Assembly (NCBI GenBank): GCA_965224245.1
Contig: OZ245046.1
Coordinates: 800,001 to 864,000, forward strand
Direction: 5' to 3'
DNA length: 64,000 nt
Origin: Candidatus Eiseniibacteriota bacterium
Lineage (GTDB): Bacteria; Eisenbacteria; RBG-16-71-46; CAZAMP01
Made by a program: the position numbers and the translations under genes. Below the pieces are notes generated by a model. It had not been told where the DNA came from, did no database searches, and saw nothing but the letters and a program-made list of their open reading frames with translations. This document shows positions 1 to 10,500 of the stretch, piece by piece (the stretch's first letter is position 1; each line of letters begins with the position of its first letter).

Positions 1-1357
1 GCTAAATACTCTCCGACGACCGATAGCGAACCAGTACCGTGAGGGAAAGGTGAAAAGCACCCCTGGAGGGGAGTGAAAAGTATCTGAAACCGTTTGCCTA
101 CAAGCGGTCGGAGCACTTCGGTGTGACGGCGTGCCTTTTGCATAATGAGCCGGCGAGTTACTCGAGGCTAGCGAGGTTAAGTGGCTAAGCCACGGAGCCG
201 TAGCGAAAGCGAGTCCTAACTGGGCGTTTAGTTAGTTTCGGTAGACCCGAAGCCAAGTGATCTAGCCATGGCCAGGTTGAAGCGTATGTAACAATACGTG
301 GAGGACCGAACCAGACAGAGTTGAAAATCTGCTGGATGAGCTGTGGTTAGGGGTGAAAGGCCAATCAAACTTGGAGATAGCTGGTTCTCCCCGAAATGGA
401 TTGAGGTCCAGCCTTGCGGAATTGTGTGGCGGAGGTAGAGCACTGAATGGGTTAGGGGCCCCACCAGGTTACCGACCCCAATCAAACTCCGAATTCCGTT
501 CACATGTATCGCAGGAGTGAGGTCACGAGGGATAAGCTTCGTGCCCGAGAGGGAAACAACCCAGACCGCCAGTTAAGGCCCCCAAGTACAAGCTAAGTGG
601 CTTTAAGGATGTGGGACTACACAGACAGCTAGGATGTTGGCTTAGAAGCAGCAACCATTTAAAGAGTGCGTAATAGCTCACTAGTCAAGTGGTCCTGCGC
701 CGATAATACACGGGACTCAAGCTTGTCGCCGAAACTGCGGACTGTCGAGGCCTTCGGGCTCCGACTTTGGTAGGGGAGCGTTCTGTTGTAGGTTGAAGGT
801 GTCTCGACGAGAGGCGCTGGACGAAACAGAAGTGATGATGCCGGCACGAGTAGCGATAAAGCAGGTGAGAAACCTGCTCACCGAAAACCCAAGGTTTCCT
901 GAGCAAGGTTAATCCGCTCAGGGTTAGTCGGCCCCTTAGCCGAGGCCGAAAGGCGTAGGTGATGGGAAACGGGTCAACATTCCCGTACCACCTGACAACG
1001 TTTGACCGATGGGGTGACGCAGAAGTGAAAGGCCAGCCGGTTATTGGATTCCGGTCTAAGGGTGTAGGAAGGTGCTTTAGGTAAATCCGGAGCATCAATT
1101 CCGAGACCTGAATGGGAAACGAGCCTTCGGGCGAGCCAACTGGCCCTAAGCATGCTGCCGAGAAATAGCCTCTAGGGAGTTCGTCAGGTGACCGTACCGT
1201 AAACGGACACACGTAGGTGGGGTGAGTAACCTAAGGTGCTCGAGTGAATTCTAGCCAAGGAACTCGGCAAAATGTCCCCGTAACTTCGGGAGAAGGGGAA
1301 CCTTCTGAGGATAGTCCCTCGCGGACGAAAGTAGGAAGGTCGCAGAGAATCGGCCCA

Positions 1358-1389
<32 letters not shown>

Positions 1390-1485
1390 TAAGTCGACGA
1401 GACGACGTATAGGGTCTGACACCTGCCCGGTGCCGGAAAGTTAAGAGGAGGGGTTAGCCTTCGGGCGAAGCTCTGAATTGAAGCT

Positions 1486-1523
<38 letters not shown>

Positions 1524-2169
1524 TAAGTAACGCTAGCCTTAGTAAAACTGGACCATATGCGGGAAACTCCTCAAAAGCCGTCCGGTACTCGCCGGTGGTC
1601 TCGATCACCCAGATCGAGCGCCCGGCAGTAACAATCCGGCGGACATGTGGACAATCCGCAGGGAAGGCCCGCGTCTGCCGCGGGAACCCTCAGAGACTTG
1701 ACGTCCAGGACTGGTCGATGAAGCTTGACGCACAGTGGATCACAGGATTCGTGGACGGTGAAGGGTGCTTCTACGTCGGCGTGAACTCACAGCCGTCGAT
1801 GAGCACCGGAGTTCAGGTTCTACCTGAATTCACCGTCGTGCAGCACGAACGTGATGTGCAGCTGCTGCAGGCCCTCAAGACGCACTTCGGTTGTGGCGTC
1901 GTTCGCAAGAACAACGGCGACCGAATGGCGTTTCGGGTTCGCAGTCTCCGGCACCATCTGGAGCGCATCATTCCATTCTTCGTCAAGCACCCGTTGAAGT
2001 CGAAGAAGCGCGCTGATTTCGAGAAGTATCGGCGTGTATGTCTTCTGATGGAACGTGGTGATCATCTGACTCCGGAAGGAGTGGAGGAGATCCGTCGGAT
2101 CGCCTCCCAGATGAACCGAGGCCAGTCAAGGTAAAGTCCGTCCCGCTTGGAAACAGGTGGGAGCAAACG
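1524..2169 (+). mobile_element. Group I self-splicing intron in 23S rRNA at E. coli position 1931 equivalent, carrying a homing endonuclease gene
   Basis: Conserved CCTAAGGT^AGCGAAAT is split by 646 nt. The 5' exon ends in U and the intron ends in G. IGS GCCTTAG pairs with exon CTAAGGT (P1, with U-G pair) and CGCT pairs with 3' exon AGCG (P10). Core-like elements TGCGGGAAA, AATCCGCAGGGAAG, CAGAGACTT and AAAGTCC (P7). Confidence 0.95.
1718..2134 (+). CDS. Single-motif LAGLIDADG homing endonuclease
   Basis: MKLDAQWITGFVDGEGCF motif, 138 aa, with FGCG, IIPFF..HPL..KK..DF and HLT.EG segments; lies within the intron. Confidence 0.95.
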   Translation: MKLDAQWITGFVDGEGCFYVGVNSQPSMSTGVQVLPEFTVVQHERDVQLLQALKTHFGCGVVRKNNGDRMAFRVRSLRHHLERIIPFFVKHPLKSKKRADFEKYRRVCLLMERGDHLTPEGVEEIRRIASQMNRGQSR

Positions 2170-2219
<50 letters not shown>

Positions 2220-2467
2220 TCTGGGCACTGTCTCGGCTAGAAGCTCGGCGAAACTGTAGTAGCGGTGAAGATGCCGCTTACCCGCGTCTGGACAGAAAGA
2301 CCCCATGGACCTTTACTGCAACTTGATATTGGGTTTCGACCTTGCATGTGTAGGATAGGTGGGAGGCGTTGAGACGGGGGCGCTAGCTTCCGTGGAGCCG
2401 ACCTTGAAATACCACCCTTGTGACGTTGGAATTCTAACCTGGCTCCGTGAATCCGGGTCAGGAACAG

Positions 2468-2503
<36 letters not shown>

Positions 2504-2713
2504 AAAAAGGTAACGGAGGCGCACAAAGGTTCCCTCAGCGTGGTCGGCAATCACGCGAAGAGTGTAAAGGCAAAAGGGAGCTTGACTGCGAGACCGACAG
2601 GTCGAGCAGGTGGGAAACCAGGTCTTAGTGACCCGGTGGCGCCGAGTGGAAGGGCCATCGATCAACGGATAAAAGGTACCCTGGGGATAACAGGCTTATC
2701 TCCCCCGAGAGTC

Positions 2714-2771
<58 letters not shown>

Positions 2772-2825
2772 GCGGTCCCAAGGGTTTGGCTGTTCGCCAA
2801 TTAAAGTGGTACGTGAGCTGGGTTT

Positions 2826-2857
<32 letters not shown>

Positions 2858-2974
2858 ACGTGGGCGCAGGAGGTTTGAGGAGATCTGACTATAGTACGAG
2901 AGGACCTAGTTGGACGCACCTCTAGTGCACCTGTTGTCGCGCCAGCGGCATGGCAGGGTAGCTACGTGCGGGAT

Positions 2975-3007
<33 letters not shown>

Positions 3008-3324
3008 AACTCCAAGATGAGACCTCCCTGACTTCGGTCCTGAAGGCCCCTTCGAGACTAGGAGGTTGATAGGCTGGAGGTGTAAGCGTGGTAACACGCT
3101 CAGCCGACCAGTACTAATAGGCCGTGCGGCTTGGCCTTTTCGAGAGCCTCGTCGCAACTGTTTGCGTCAGGGATGCGTAGCACTTTCGAGTGATGCGGAT
3201 CTGCCGACGCGCCGCAAAACCGCTATCCAACGTGGATTTGTCCAGGATTATCCCCGCCGAGGCCTTGATCTAGGCTGCCGCTTGACTGGCAGTTCCTGTC
3301 AGGCGCTTTGGCGGTGGAGTTTTT

Positions 3325-3440
3325 TCCGGTGGCAATGGCGGAGGGGCCACACCCGTTCCCATTCCGAACACGGTCGTTAAGCCCTCCAGCGCCGATGGTA
3401 CTGCCCGGGTGACTAGGTGGGAGAGTAGGACGTCGCCGGA
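3325..3440 (+). rRNA. rrf: 5S rRNA
   Basis: TCCGGTGGC...GTCGCCGGA terminal helix; CCCATTCCGAACAC, GCCGATGGTACT and GGGAGAGTAGG motifs; 116 nt long. Confidence 0.98.
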
Positions 3441-3450
3441 TTTTTCTTCG

Positions 3451-3483
3451 AGCCCTCGTCACGTTGCGTGGCGAGGGCTTTTT
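3451..3483 (+). terminator. Rho-independent terminator of rRNA operon
   Basis: Stem AGCCCTCGTCACG-ttg-CGTGGCGAGGGCT followed by a T run. Confidence 0.85.
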
Positions 3484-3562
3484 CGTATGCGCCGCCGCGT
3501 AGACGCGCAGTGCGAGCGACCGGAGACGCCGGGAGGCGCCCGCCGGTCCGGAGTGACTCGAG

Positions 3563-4057
3563 ATGTTCAGCGTGCTCTGTGACACGCGCGAGACGACGCG
3601 AAGGGTCGCGGAGGCCCTCGCGTGCCGACTCGGCGCGCGTGATCTGGTCGTGCTGTCCGGCGAGATCGGCGCGGGCAAGACGACGTTCGTCCAGGCGCTG
3701 GCCCCGGCGATGGGTCTCACCGGCGACGTGACGAGCCCCACCTTCACGCTGGCGCACCGATACGACGGCGACGTCGCCCTGAACCATCTCGACCTGTACC
3801 GTCTCGAGCGAGCGGACGAGCTCCTCGACCTGGACCTGCCCGACATGCTGGCCGAGCGCACGGTCACCGTCATCGAGTGGGGCGAGCGGTTCCTGTCCGC
3901 CCTGCCTCCCGACTACCTCCGGATTCACATCCTCTTCGTGCAGCCGGACGCCGGTGAGTCGTCCGAGGCGCGGGAGCTGCGGTTCGAGGCGGTGGGCGAG
4001 AGCTGGGCGTCACGCGTGAGCGACCTCGAGGCCGCGATCCAGGGAGCCATGCCGTGA
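3563..4057 (+). CDS. tsaE: tRNA t6A biosynthesis ATPase TsaE
   Basis: LSGEIGAGKTTF Walker A, VTSPTFTL, HLDLYRL, IEWG. Confidence 0.96.
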   Translation: MFSVLCDTRETTRRVAEALACRLGARDLVVLSGEIGAGKTTFVQALAPAMGLTGDVTSPTFTLAHRYDGDVALNHLDLYRLERADELLDLDLPDMLAERTVTVIEWGERFLSALPPDYLRIHILFVQPDAGESSEARELRFEAVGESWASRVSDLEAAIQGAMP

Positions 4058-4770
4058 TCGTGCTGGGCATCGAGACCGCCACCTCGGAGGCGGGGGTCGC
4101 GCTCGGTGGGGAAGACGGCGTGCTGGCGTCGTTCCGCCTCGGCCGATCCCGTCGCCACATCGAGAGCATGGCCCCCGCGATCACGTTCGTGTGCGAGTCG
4201 AGCGGCGTCGACCTGGACGACGTGGAGCTCGTGGCGGTCGACGTCGGTCCGGGCGGATACACGGGGATACGAGTCGGACTGGCGACCGCGCGGGCGATTG
4301 CATACGGGATCGACGTCCCGCTGGTCGGCGTGCCGTCGCTGGACCTCCTGGCGTTCCGGGTGCGGGCGTCGGACCGGCGGATCGTCTCGGTGATCGACGC
4401 GCGTCGGGGCGAGGTCTACTGGGCCAGCTACCGGGGCGGGGCCTCGGGACTCACGCGGCTCGACGAGCCCGCGGTCGCGAGCCCGGAAGCGCTGGCCGGC
4501 CGCCTGGCCGACCTGGGCGAGCCGCTGCTCGTGGTGGGGACCGGCGCCACGGTGTATCGGGATGCCCTGGCGAGCGTCCCCGAGCTTCGACATGCCGGTT
4601 CCGAGCTGGACTGCCCGAGCGCCGCGTCGCTCGTCGAGCTCGTTCGCCTCGACCCCGCGGTCGCGGCCACGGCGGGCCCGAGCGCTCCCGATCTGCTCTA
4701 CCTTCGCGCGCCAGACGCCTCGACCCCCGAGGAGAGAGCGGCGCGGCGCCCACCTCGCGACGGGGACTGA
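4054..4770 (+). CDS. tsaB: tRNA t6A biosynthesis protein TsaB
   Basis: LGIETAT, GPGGYTGIRVG, IDARRGEVY; GTGA overlap with tsaE stop. Confidence 0.96.
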   Translation: MIVLGIETATSEAGVALGGEDGVLASFRLGRSRRHIESMAPAITFVCESSGVDLDDVELVAVDVGPGGYTGIRVGLATARAIAYGIDVPLVGVPSLDLLAFRVRASDRRIVSVIDARRGEVYWASYRGGASGLTRLDEPAVASPEALAGRLADLGEPLLVVGTGATVYRDALASVPELRHAGSELDCPSAASLVELVRLDPAVAATAGPSAPDLLYLRAPDASTPEERAARRPPRDGD

Positions 4771-4798
4771 CGCCTCGCCGGCTCGGGCTGGCCGCGGA

Positions 4799-5815
4799 TC
4801 AGTGCGCGGTCACGTCGGCGGCCTCGGGAAGCCCCTGCCGCGGGGCCACGCCGAAGTCCAGCCGATCGCCTCCGTCGTGCGCGAGACGATCCCAGGCCGC
4901 GGCGGCGATCATCGCGCCGTTGTCGGTGGCCAGCCGGAGGGGGGGCAGACACACGCGAACGCCGTGCGTCGCGCCGAGCGTGGCCAGACGCGCCCGGAGC
5001 GGCGGGCTCGCGGCGACGCCGCCGACGACGGCGACCGACGCGTAGGCGTGCTCGGTCAGGGCCAGTCCGAGCTTCTCCATGAGCACGTCCACCACGGCGG
5101 CGGCGAAGGACGCGGCGACGTCCTCGGGCGTCCAGCCGTCGGGCTCGCGAAGGCGGTTGGCGACGGCGGTCTTCAGTCCCGAGAACGAGAAGTCCAGACC
5201 CCGGCCGGCCATGGGACGCGGGAACCCGAGCACGTCCCGGCCCGCCGCCGCGAGCCGGTCGATCGCGGGACCGCCCGGGTAGGGCAGCCCCAGCATGCGC
5301 GCGACCTTGTCGTATGCCTCGCCGGCGGAATCGTCTCGCGTGCGGCCGAGCACGACGGACCGGCCGGGCCCGTGCACGCGCGCCAGCAGCGTGTGGCCTC
5401 CGCTGACCAGGAGCACCAGTGCCGGATACTCGACCGGCGCCTCTCCGAGCGACGCGGAGGCCAGATGGCCCTCGAGGTGATTGATGCTCAACAGGGGCTT
5501 CTTCCAGGCCAGGGCCAGTCCCTTGGCCGCCGCCATGCCGACCAGGAGCGATCCGACCAGGCCCGGCCCGCTGGTAACCGCGATCGCGGTCAGGTCCCGA
5601 CCGCGAACGCCGGCCCCGTCGAGGGCCTGCGAGATCACGGGGATGACCTCCGCCACGTGAACGCGCCCTGCGATCTCGGGGACCACACCGCCGTAGCGAG
5701 CGTGTGCGTCGAGCTGTCGCGAGACCACGTTGGAGAGGATCTCGAGGCGATCGGTCACGACGGCGGCCGCCGTGTCGTCACACGACGTCTCGATCCCGAG
5801 CATCAGGCGGCTCAC
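4799..5815 (-). CDS. tsaD: tRNA N6-adenosine threonylcarbamoyltransferase TsaD
   Basis: LGIETSCDDT, HLEGH metal motif, LLVSGGHT, DDSAGEAYDK, TDNGAMIA; GTG start overlaps the tsaC stop. Confidence 0.97.
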   Translation of the reverse strand: MSRLMLGIETSCDDTAAAVVTDRLEILSNVVSRQLDAHARYGGVVPEIAGRVHVAEVIPVISQALDGAGVRGRDLTAIAVTSGPGLVGSLLVGMAAAKGLALAWKKPLLSINHLEGHLASASLGEAPVEYPALVLLVSGGHTLLARVHGPGRSVVLGRTRDDSAGEAYDKVARMLGLPYPGGPAIDRLAAAGRDVLGFPRPMAGRGLDFSFSGLKTAVANRLREPDGWTPEDVAASFAAAVVDVLMEKLGLALTEHAYASVAVVGGVAASPPLRARLATLGATHGVRVCLPPLRLATDNGAMIAAAAWDRLAHDGGDRLDFGVAPRQGLPEAADVTAH

Positions 5816-6447
5816 CGCGGATCCCTCGTTTCGAGACGACCCGCGTCGAGCGCGGCCTCGAGGCGGTCGGGCGAGATCGCGCCGACACGCTCGATGCACG
5901 GGGGCGAAGCCCGGAGGTTCAGGATCGTCGAGGGGACCGGGGACAGCGCGCCGGCATCCACGACCATCTCGACCCGTCCCATGAGGCTCCGCGCGGCGGC
6001 GAGCGCCCGGATCGCCGAGGGCTCGCCGTGCCGGTTGGCGCTCGTCATCAGATAGGGACCGCCGGCGATGGCGATCTCGCGGAGCAGGCTCGGCTCCGGA
6101 AAGCGGACGGCCACCTCGTCCCGGCCGTCGAGCCAGGCCGGTCGCCGGCCACCGGCTCGAAAGCCGAGGATCAGCGTCAGCGGCCCCGGCCAGAATTGAT
6201 CCGCGAGCCGTCTCACCCGATCGTTCGCGCCCAGGCCGAGCTTCTCGACCTGATCCACCGAGCCCACGACGACCGGGAGGTTCATCTCCCGGGGACGCCC
6301 CTTGAGCGCGTAGGCGCGCCCGAGGGCCGAGGCGTGGCCGGCCGCGATGGCGAGACCGTAGACCGTCTCGGTGGGGAGCACGACGGCGCCGCCCCCGGCC
6401 ATGACGGCGGCGATCTCCTCGGCCGACGCCTCGGCCGCGGGCACCAT
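5812..6447 (-). CDS. tsaC: Threonylcarbamoyl-AMP synthase TsaC (YrdC domain only; start uncertain)
   Basis: PTETVYGL, KGRP, FWPGPLTLIL, TSAN, PSTI motifs. Confidence 0.93.
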   Translation of the reverse strand: MVPAAEASAEEIAAVMAGGGAVVLPTETVYGLAIAAGHASALGRAYALKGRPREMNLPVVVGSVDQVEKLGLGANDRVRRLADQFWPGPLTLILGFRAGGRRPAWLDGRDEVAVRFPEPSLLREIAIAGGPYLMTSANRHGEPSAIRALAAARSLMGRVEMVVDAGALSPVPSTILNLRASPPCIERVGAISPDRLEAALDAGRLETRDPR

Positions 6448-6786
6448 GCGCGGCGGCCCCGAGGCGTGCGCGTCGGGGATCGGATCGGCCGATGTCACGT
6501 CGTCCACGGTCAACCTCGTGTCGGTCCGGAGGAGCCGGCTCCGCGGGACGCTCCCGCGGCCGGCGTCCTGCCGGGTCGTCTCGAACGATCGTATCGTCAC
6601 CGCGGCATGCCGCGCAATTCCCCGCCTCGACGTCAGAACTCGTAGGCCGCGGCCGTACTCCGATCCAAGACGACGTCCGGTTCGCCGGAACGGACGGCTC
6701 GGCTCCGCGGATCTCGCGAGAGGTCACGCCCGGGCCCTCCCGCCACACATCGAAACGAGTTTCGGCTCGAGGGAAAGGGAAGTCAG

Positions 6787-7428
6787 ATGGCCTGGTTCTC
6801 ACGCTTCACGCGCTTCGGCGACATGCATCTCGTGTACGGACAGGAAGCCAACATGTCGTGCGGCATCGCCAGCGTCATGATGTGCGTCTTCAAGCTCAAC
6901 AAGCTGAAGCCGGGGCGGACCGCGGTGACGATCGAGAAGGAGATCTACAAGAAGTACGAGGCGGCGCTGGGCGCGACCTACAAGCCGGAGACGACCGGGA
7001 CCTACCCGCAGCACCTGGCCACGATCCTCGGCGGCTTCACCAAGCCCACGTGGAAGTGGCGGCAGGTGCCCGTGAACGACGTGGCGAAGGTCCTCACCGA
7101 CGCGGTCGGGGTGACGTCCGGTATCGGGCCGACCCTCTCCGTCGATCCGGTCATACTCGGCGTCGACTGGGACCTCGGCGGCGCGCACTGGGTGGTCGTG
7201 GACACGATCCGAAGCGTCGGCGGCTCGACCTACGCGACCATCTGCGATCCCTGGGACGCCAACGTCCACATCCAGAAGTTCGCGGCCGGCAGCCCCTTCG
7301 TGTACGACGCGGCGAACGGCGGCTTCTCGATCGATCTCGGTGGGACCCACAAGGGGCAGAAGCAGCCTTACCAGGGAAACGCCGCGAAGGGGATGGTCAA
7401 GACCTGGGGGATCATCGCTCCGGCGTGA
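6787..7428 (+). CDS. Papain-fold (C39-like) cysteine peptidase/transferase-like protein
   Basis: Q-x5-CGIAS, HWVVVD and ICDPW give a Q/C/H/D arrangement typical of C39-like folds; RBS-like GGGAAAGGGA upstream; no signal peptide. Confidence 0.65.
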   Translation: MAWFSRFTRFGDMHLVYGQEANMSCGIASVMMCVFKLNKLKPGRTAVTIEKEIYKKYEAALGATYKPETTGTYPQHLATILGGFTKPTWKWRQVPVNDVAKVLTDAVGVTSGIGPTLSVDPVILGVDWDLGGAHWVVVDTIRSVGGSTYATICDPWDANVHIQKFAAGSPFVYDAANGGFSIDLGGTHKGQKQPYQGNAAKGMVKTWGIIAPA

Positions 7429-7509
7429 CGCCCACGATCCCCTCGAGGACGAGGATCGGCGGTGCGCGCGTAGGCGGCGGCGCACCGCCGATCCCCGGAG
7501 GTCAGACCG

Positions 7510-10500
7510 TCAACGGCTCATGACCATGATCTTCGTCGCGACCCGCTGGCGCCCGCCGCGCAGGAGCGCGACGTATTCGCCGGCGGGCAGCCGGCTGCCT
7601 CGACCGTCGGTGGCGTCCCAGCGGATGTCGTACCGACCCTCCGCCAGCACCTCCCCGGCGATGGGCCGGGCGACCCGCCGTCCCGACACGTCGAAGATCT
7701 CGAGCGTCACCGGGACGCCGGTCAGCGAGCGCGGAATGACCACGCGGAGACGTGTCGCGTCCACGAGCGGATTCGGGGACGCCGGCAGCATGATCGCCCC
7801 CTGGGCCGACAGCGTACCCGATGGGAGGACCGTCAGGCGCCCGAGCTCCTGCCGCTCGCCGTGCGCGTCGATCCCCACGATCCGATACGTGAGCCGGGCC
7901 GCGTCGACGTCGACCACGTCCGACCACGTGCAGAGCCCGGTCTCGTCCGCCAGCTCGCTCGCGAGAAGCGGCGTCGGCGTCCGGGACTCGAAGCTCCCGG
8001 CGTCGCCGGCGCGCTCGATCTCGAACATCGGGATCCGGGCCGGCGCACGCCAGCTGAGCGACACCGTGCTCTCGGACCAGCTTCCGGCCAGCGATTCCAG
8101 GAGAACGGGCGTCTCGCGGACGCCGACCGTGAAGTGCACCGGCCAGAATCCCCCGGTGAGGAGCTGCGTGTCGTCCCCGGCACCGGTGAGGCCGTCGGCC
8201 GCCAGCGAGACGAACCAGATGCTGCTGCCACCCCCGTTGGTGAACTCGTAGTAGATGCCGGCATCGTCGCCCGCGAACGTCGGACGTCCCAGCGACGAGA
8301 AGTTGTTCGTGACGATCCCCGATTCACCGGTCACGACGTCGACCGCCACGACGTAGATGTTGCCGTCGCCGGCCAGGTAATCGAACGCGAGCGTGTTGTC
8401 GCTGTTCTGCGCGAACGTGGGGTTCCCGACGCTCTCGTTGGACGGCAGCGGCTGGAGCACCCGGAACGACAGCCCGTCGGTGAGACGCAGGAAGTTGATG
8501 TCCCAGTACTGCGCGTCGGCGCCGTCGATCGACACGTTGTGCAGCGCGTCGTACACGAGGAAGTCCCCGCCGACCGCGAACTCCAGCACGTCGGCGTAGA
8601 GGATGTTGTCCGATCCGCTCTCGCCCGACGTCTGCGTGGCCAGCTCGAACGCCGCCGAGTTTCCGGGCTCGATCAGGTCGAACACGAAGATCGTGTTGTC
8701 CTCCACGAACGGTGTCGCGGCGAGGAAGCGTCCCCCGGCGCTGAGCGCGACGCTCCACCACTCGGGATCGGCGGAGATCTGGAAGATGGAGCCCTCGGCG
8801 GCCAGGTACACGTGCTGGTCGCTTCCCACGAATGCCATCGCGGAGCCGTCGTCCGCGAACGACGGTCGACCGCCGTCGGCGATCGAGAGGCCCCCCGAGA
8901 TCGCGTCGATCGTCGAGCCCTCTCCGACCGGCACCGACACGGCCACGATCTCGCCGCTGCCGGCGTCGATGACCGAGAGGAAGTCGACCCCCTCGTTGTC
9001 CGGCAGGTCGACCGGGTCGTCGGTGTCCTCCTCGGCGGTCATGCCGACCGCGTCCAGGGCCGCCGTGACGGCGTCTTGCTCGAGCGACCCCGCACCGTGG
9101 AGGTCCGCCGCCGCCTGCCGGATCCCGAGGCGGAAGTCGGCGAACTGCGAGTTCCGATTCAGGTACATCGACAGCGTGCGGTACCAGATCTCCTCGGCCT
9201 TCGCCACGGTCATCCCGCCGGTCGTGGCCGCCAGGAAGTACGCCCGGTTGGGGATGCCACTGTTGATGTGAACCCCGCCGTTGTCCTGATCGATCGGGAG
9301 ATCCTGGAACTGATCCATGTGCGCGGGCTGCTGTCCGCCGAAGGCGACGTCGGCTCCGTCGGGGTGCTCCATGTTGCGCAGGCAGTCTCCGGCGATCGCC
9401 GGTGTCGTCACGTCCTCTCCGAGGAGCCAGTTGGCCTCCGCGCCGTTGTGATGGAAGTCGGTCGAGACGCCGAACACGTCGGCGAAGTGCTCGTTCAGCG
9501 CGCCAGACTGGAATTCGTACACGAGGTTGGCCGTGTGCTCGATGACGCCGTGGCTCATCTCGTGTGCGGTCACGTCGAGAGTCCCGGCGAGGTCGGAGAA
9601 CGACGTACCGTCACCATTTCCGAACACCATGAACGTCCCGTTCCAGAATGCGTTGTTGAAGCCGTTCTGGAAGTTCACGATCAGGTTCATGTTCATGCCC
9701 GCGGCGTCGATGCTCACGCGATCGTGTGCCGACCGGAAGTAGTCGTACACGAGGTCGGCGAAGAACGCGGCGCTGACGGCGTTCTCGAAGCCGGTCCAGC
9801 TGGTCGCGCTTGGAGATGTGACGAAGAAGAGCTGCGACCCGTCGCCGTTGCGCGCGTCCAGGAGGTTGATCACTCCCTTGCCCTCCTGGGGAAGCGTGCC
9901 GCTGGCATCGAACATGTCCTTGGTCGTGTTGATCATGAACACCGTGCCGCCGTCCTCGTAGAGCTCGAGCGATCGCGTCGTGCCCGAGAGATCGACGCCC
10001 GATCCCGTGATCGCACCGCCGCCGTGCGGAACCAGCGTCTCGCGACCGAGGATCAGGCCGTTCTCGGCATCGACGAAGACGTCGTCACGGTGCGCGAGCC
10101 CGGCGCTCGCACGCACCCGCCACGCGAGCGAGACCGCGTCGCGTCCGTAGAAGACGAGCTCGGTCTCCTCCACGGTCGCGGTCACTCCGGTGGCCGGCAT
10201 CGACGCCAGCGCCGTCGTTCGTGCGGCCGATTCCGACACCGTCGGCTCGATCGAGATCCCGACCGGGCTCGGAACGGTCCGGGCGCTCACGCCGGTCACG
10301 CGTCCGGAGTCGTCCACGCGCACGATCAGATCGCGTCCCCAGACCCGGAGCCCGCGGTAGGCCTGGGCGTGCCGGATCGCGACGGTTCCGTCGCGACCGG
10401 CGAGGCTCTGATACGCCAGGAGCTCGGCCGACGCGTCCTCCAGGCGCAGGAGCGGCGCGATCTCGTCGAGGAGTCGCGCCGCGGCCTCCTCGGGATGCGC

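Noticed and set aside
1595-1717. 41-codon N-terminal extension of the endonuclease ORF
   Set aside because: It overlaps ribozyme core elements; ATG 1718 directly precedes the LAGLIDADG motif.
3139-3324. Structured 23S-5S spacer as a possible tRNA or ncRNA
   Set aside because: No cloverleaf or T-loop; the hairpins are consistent with rRNA processing stems.
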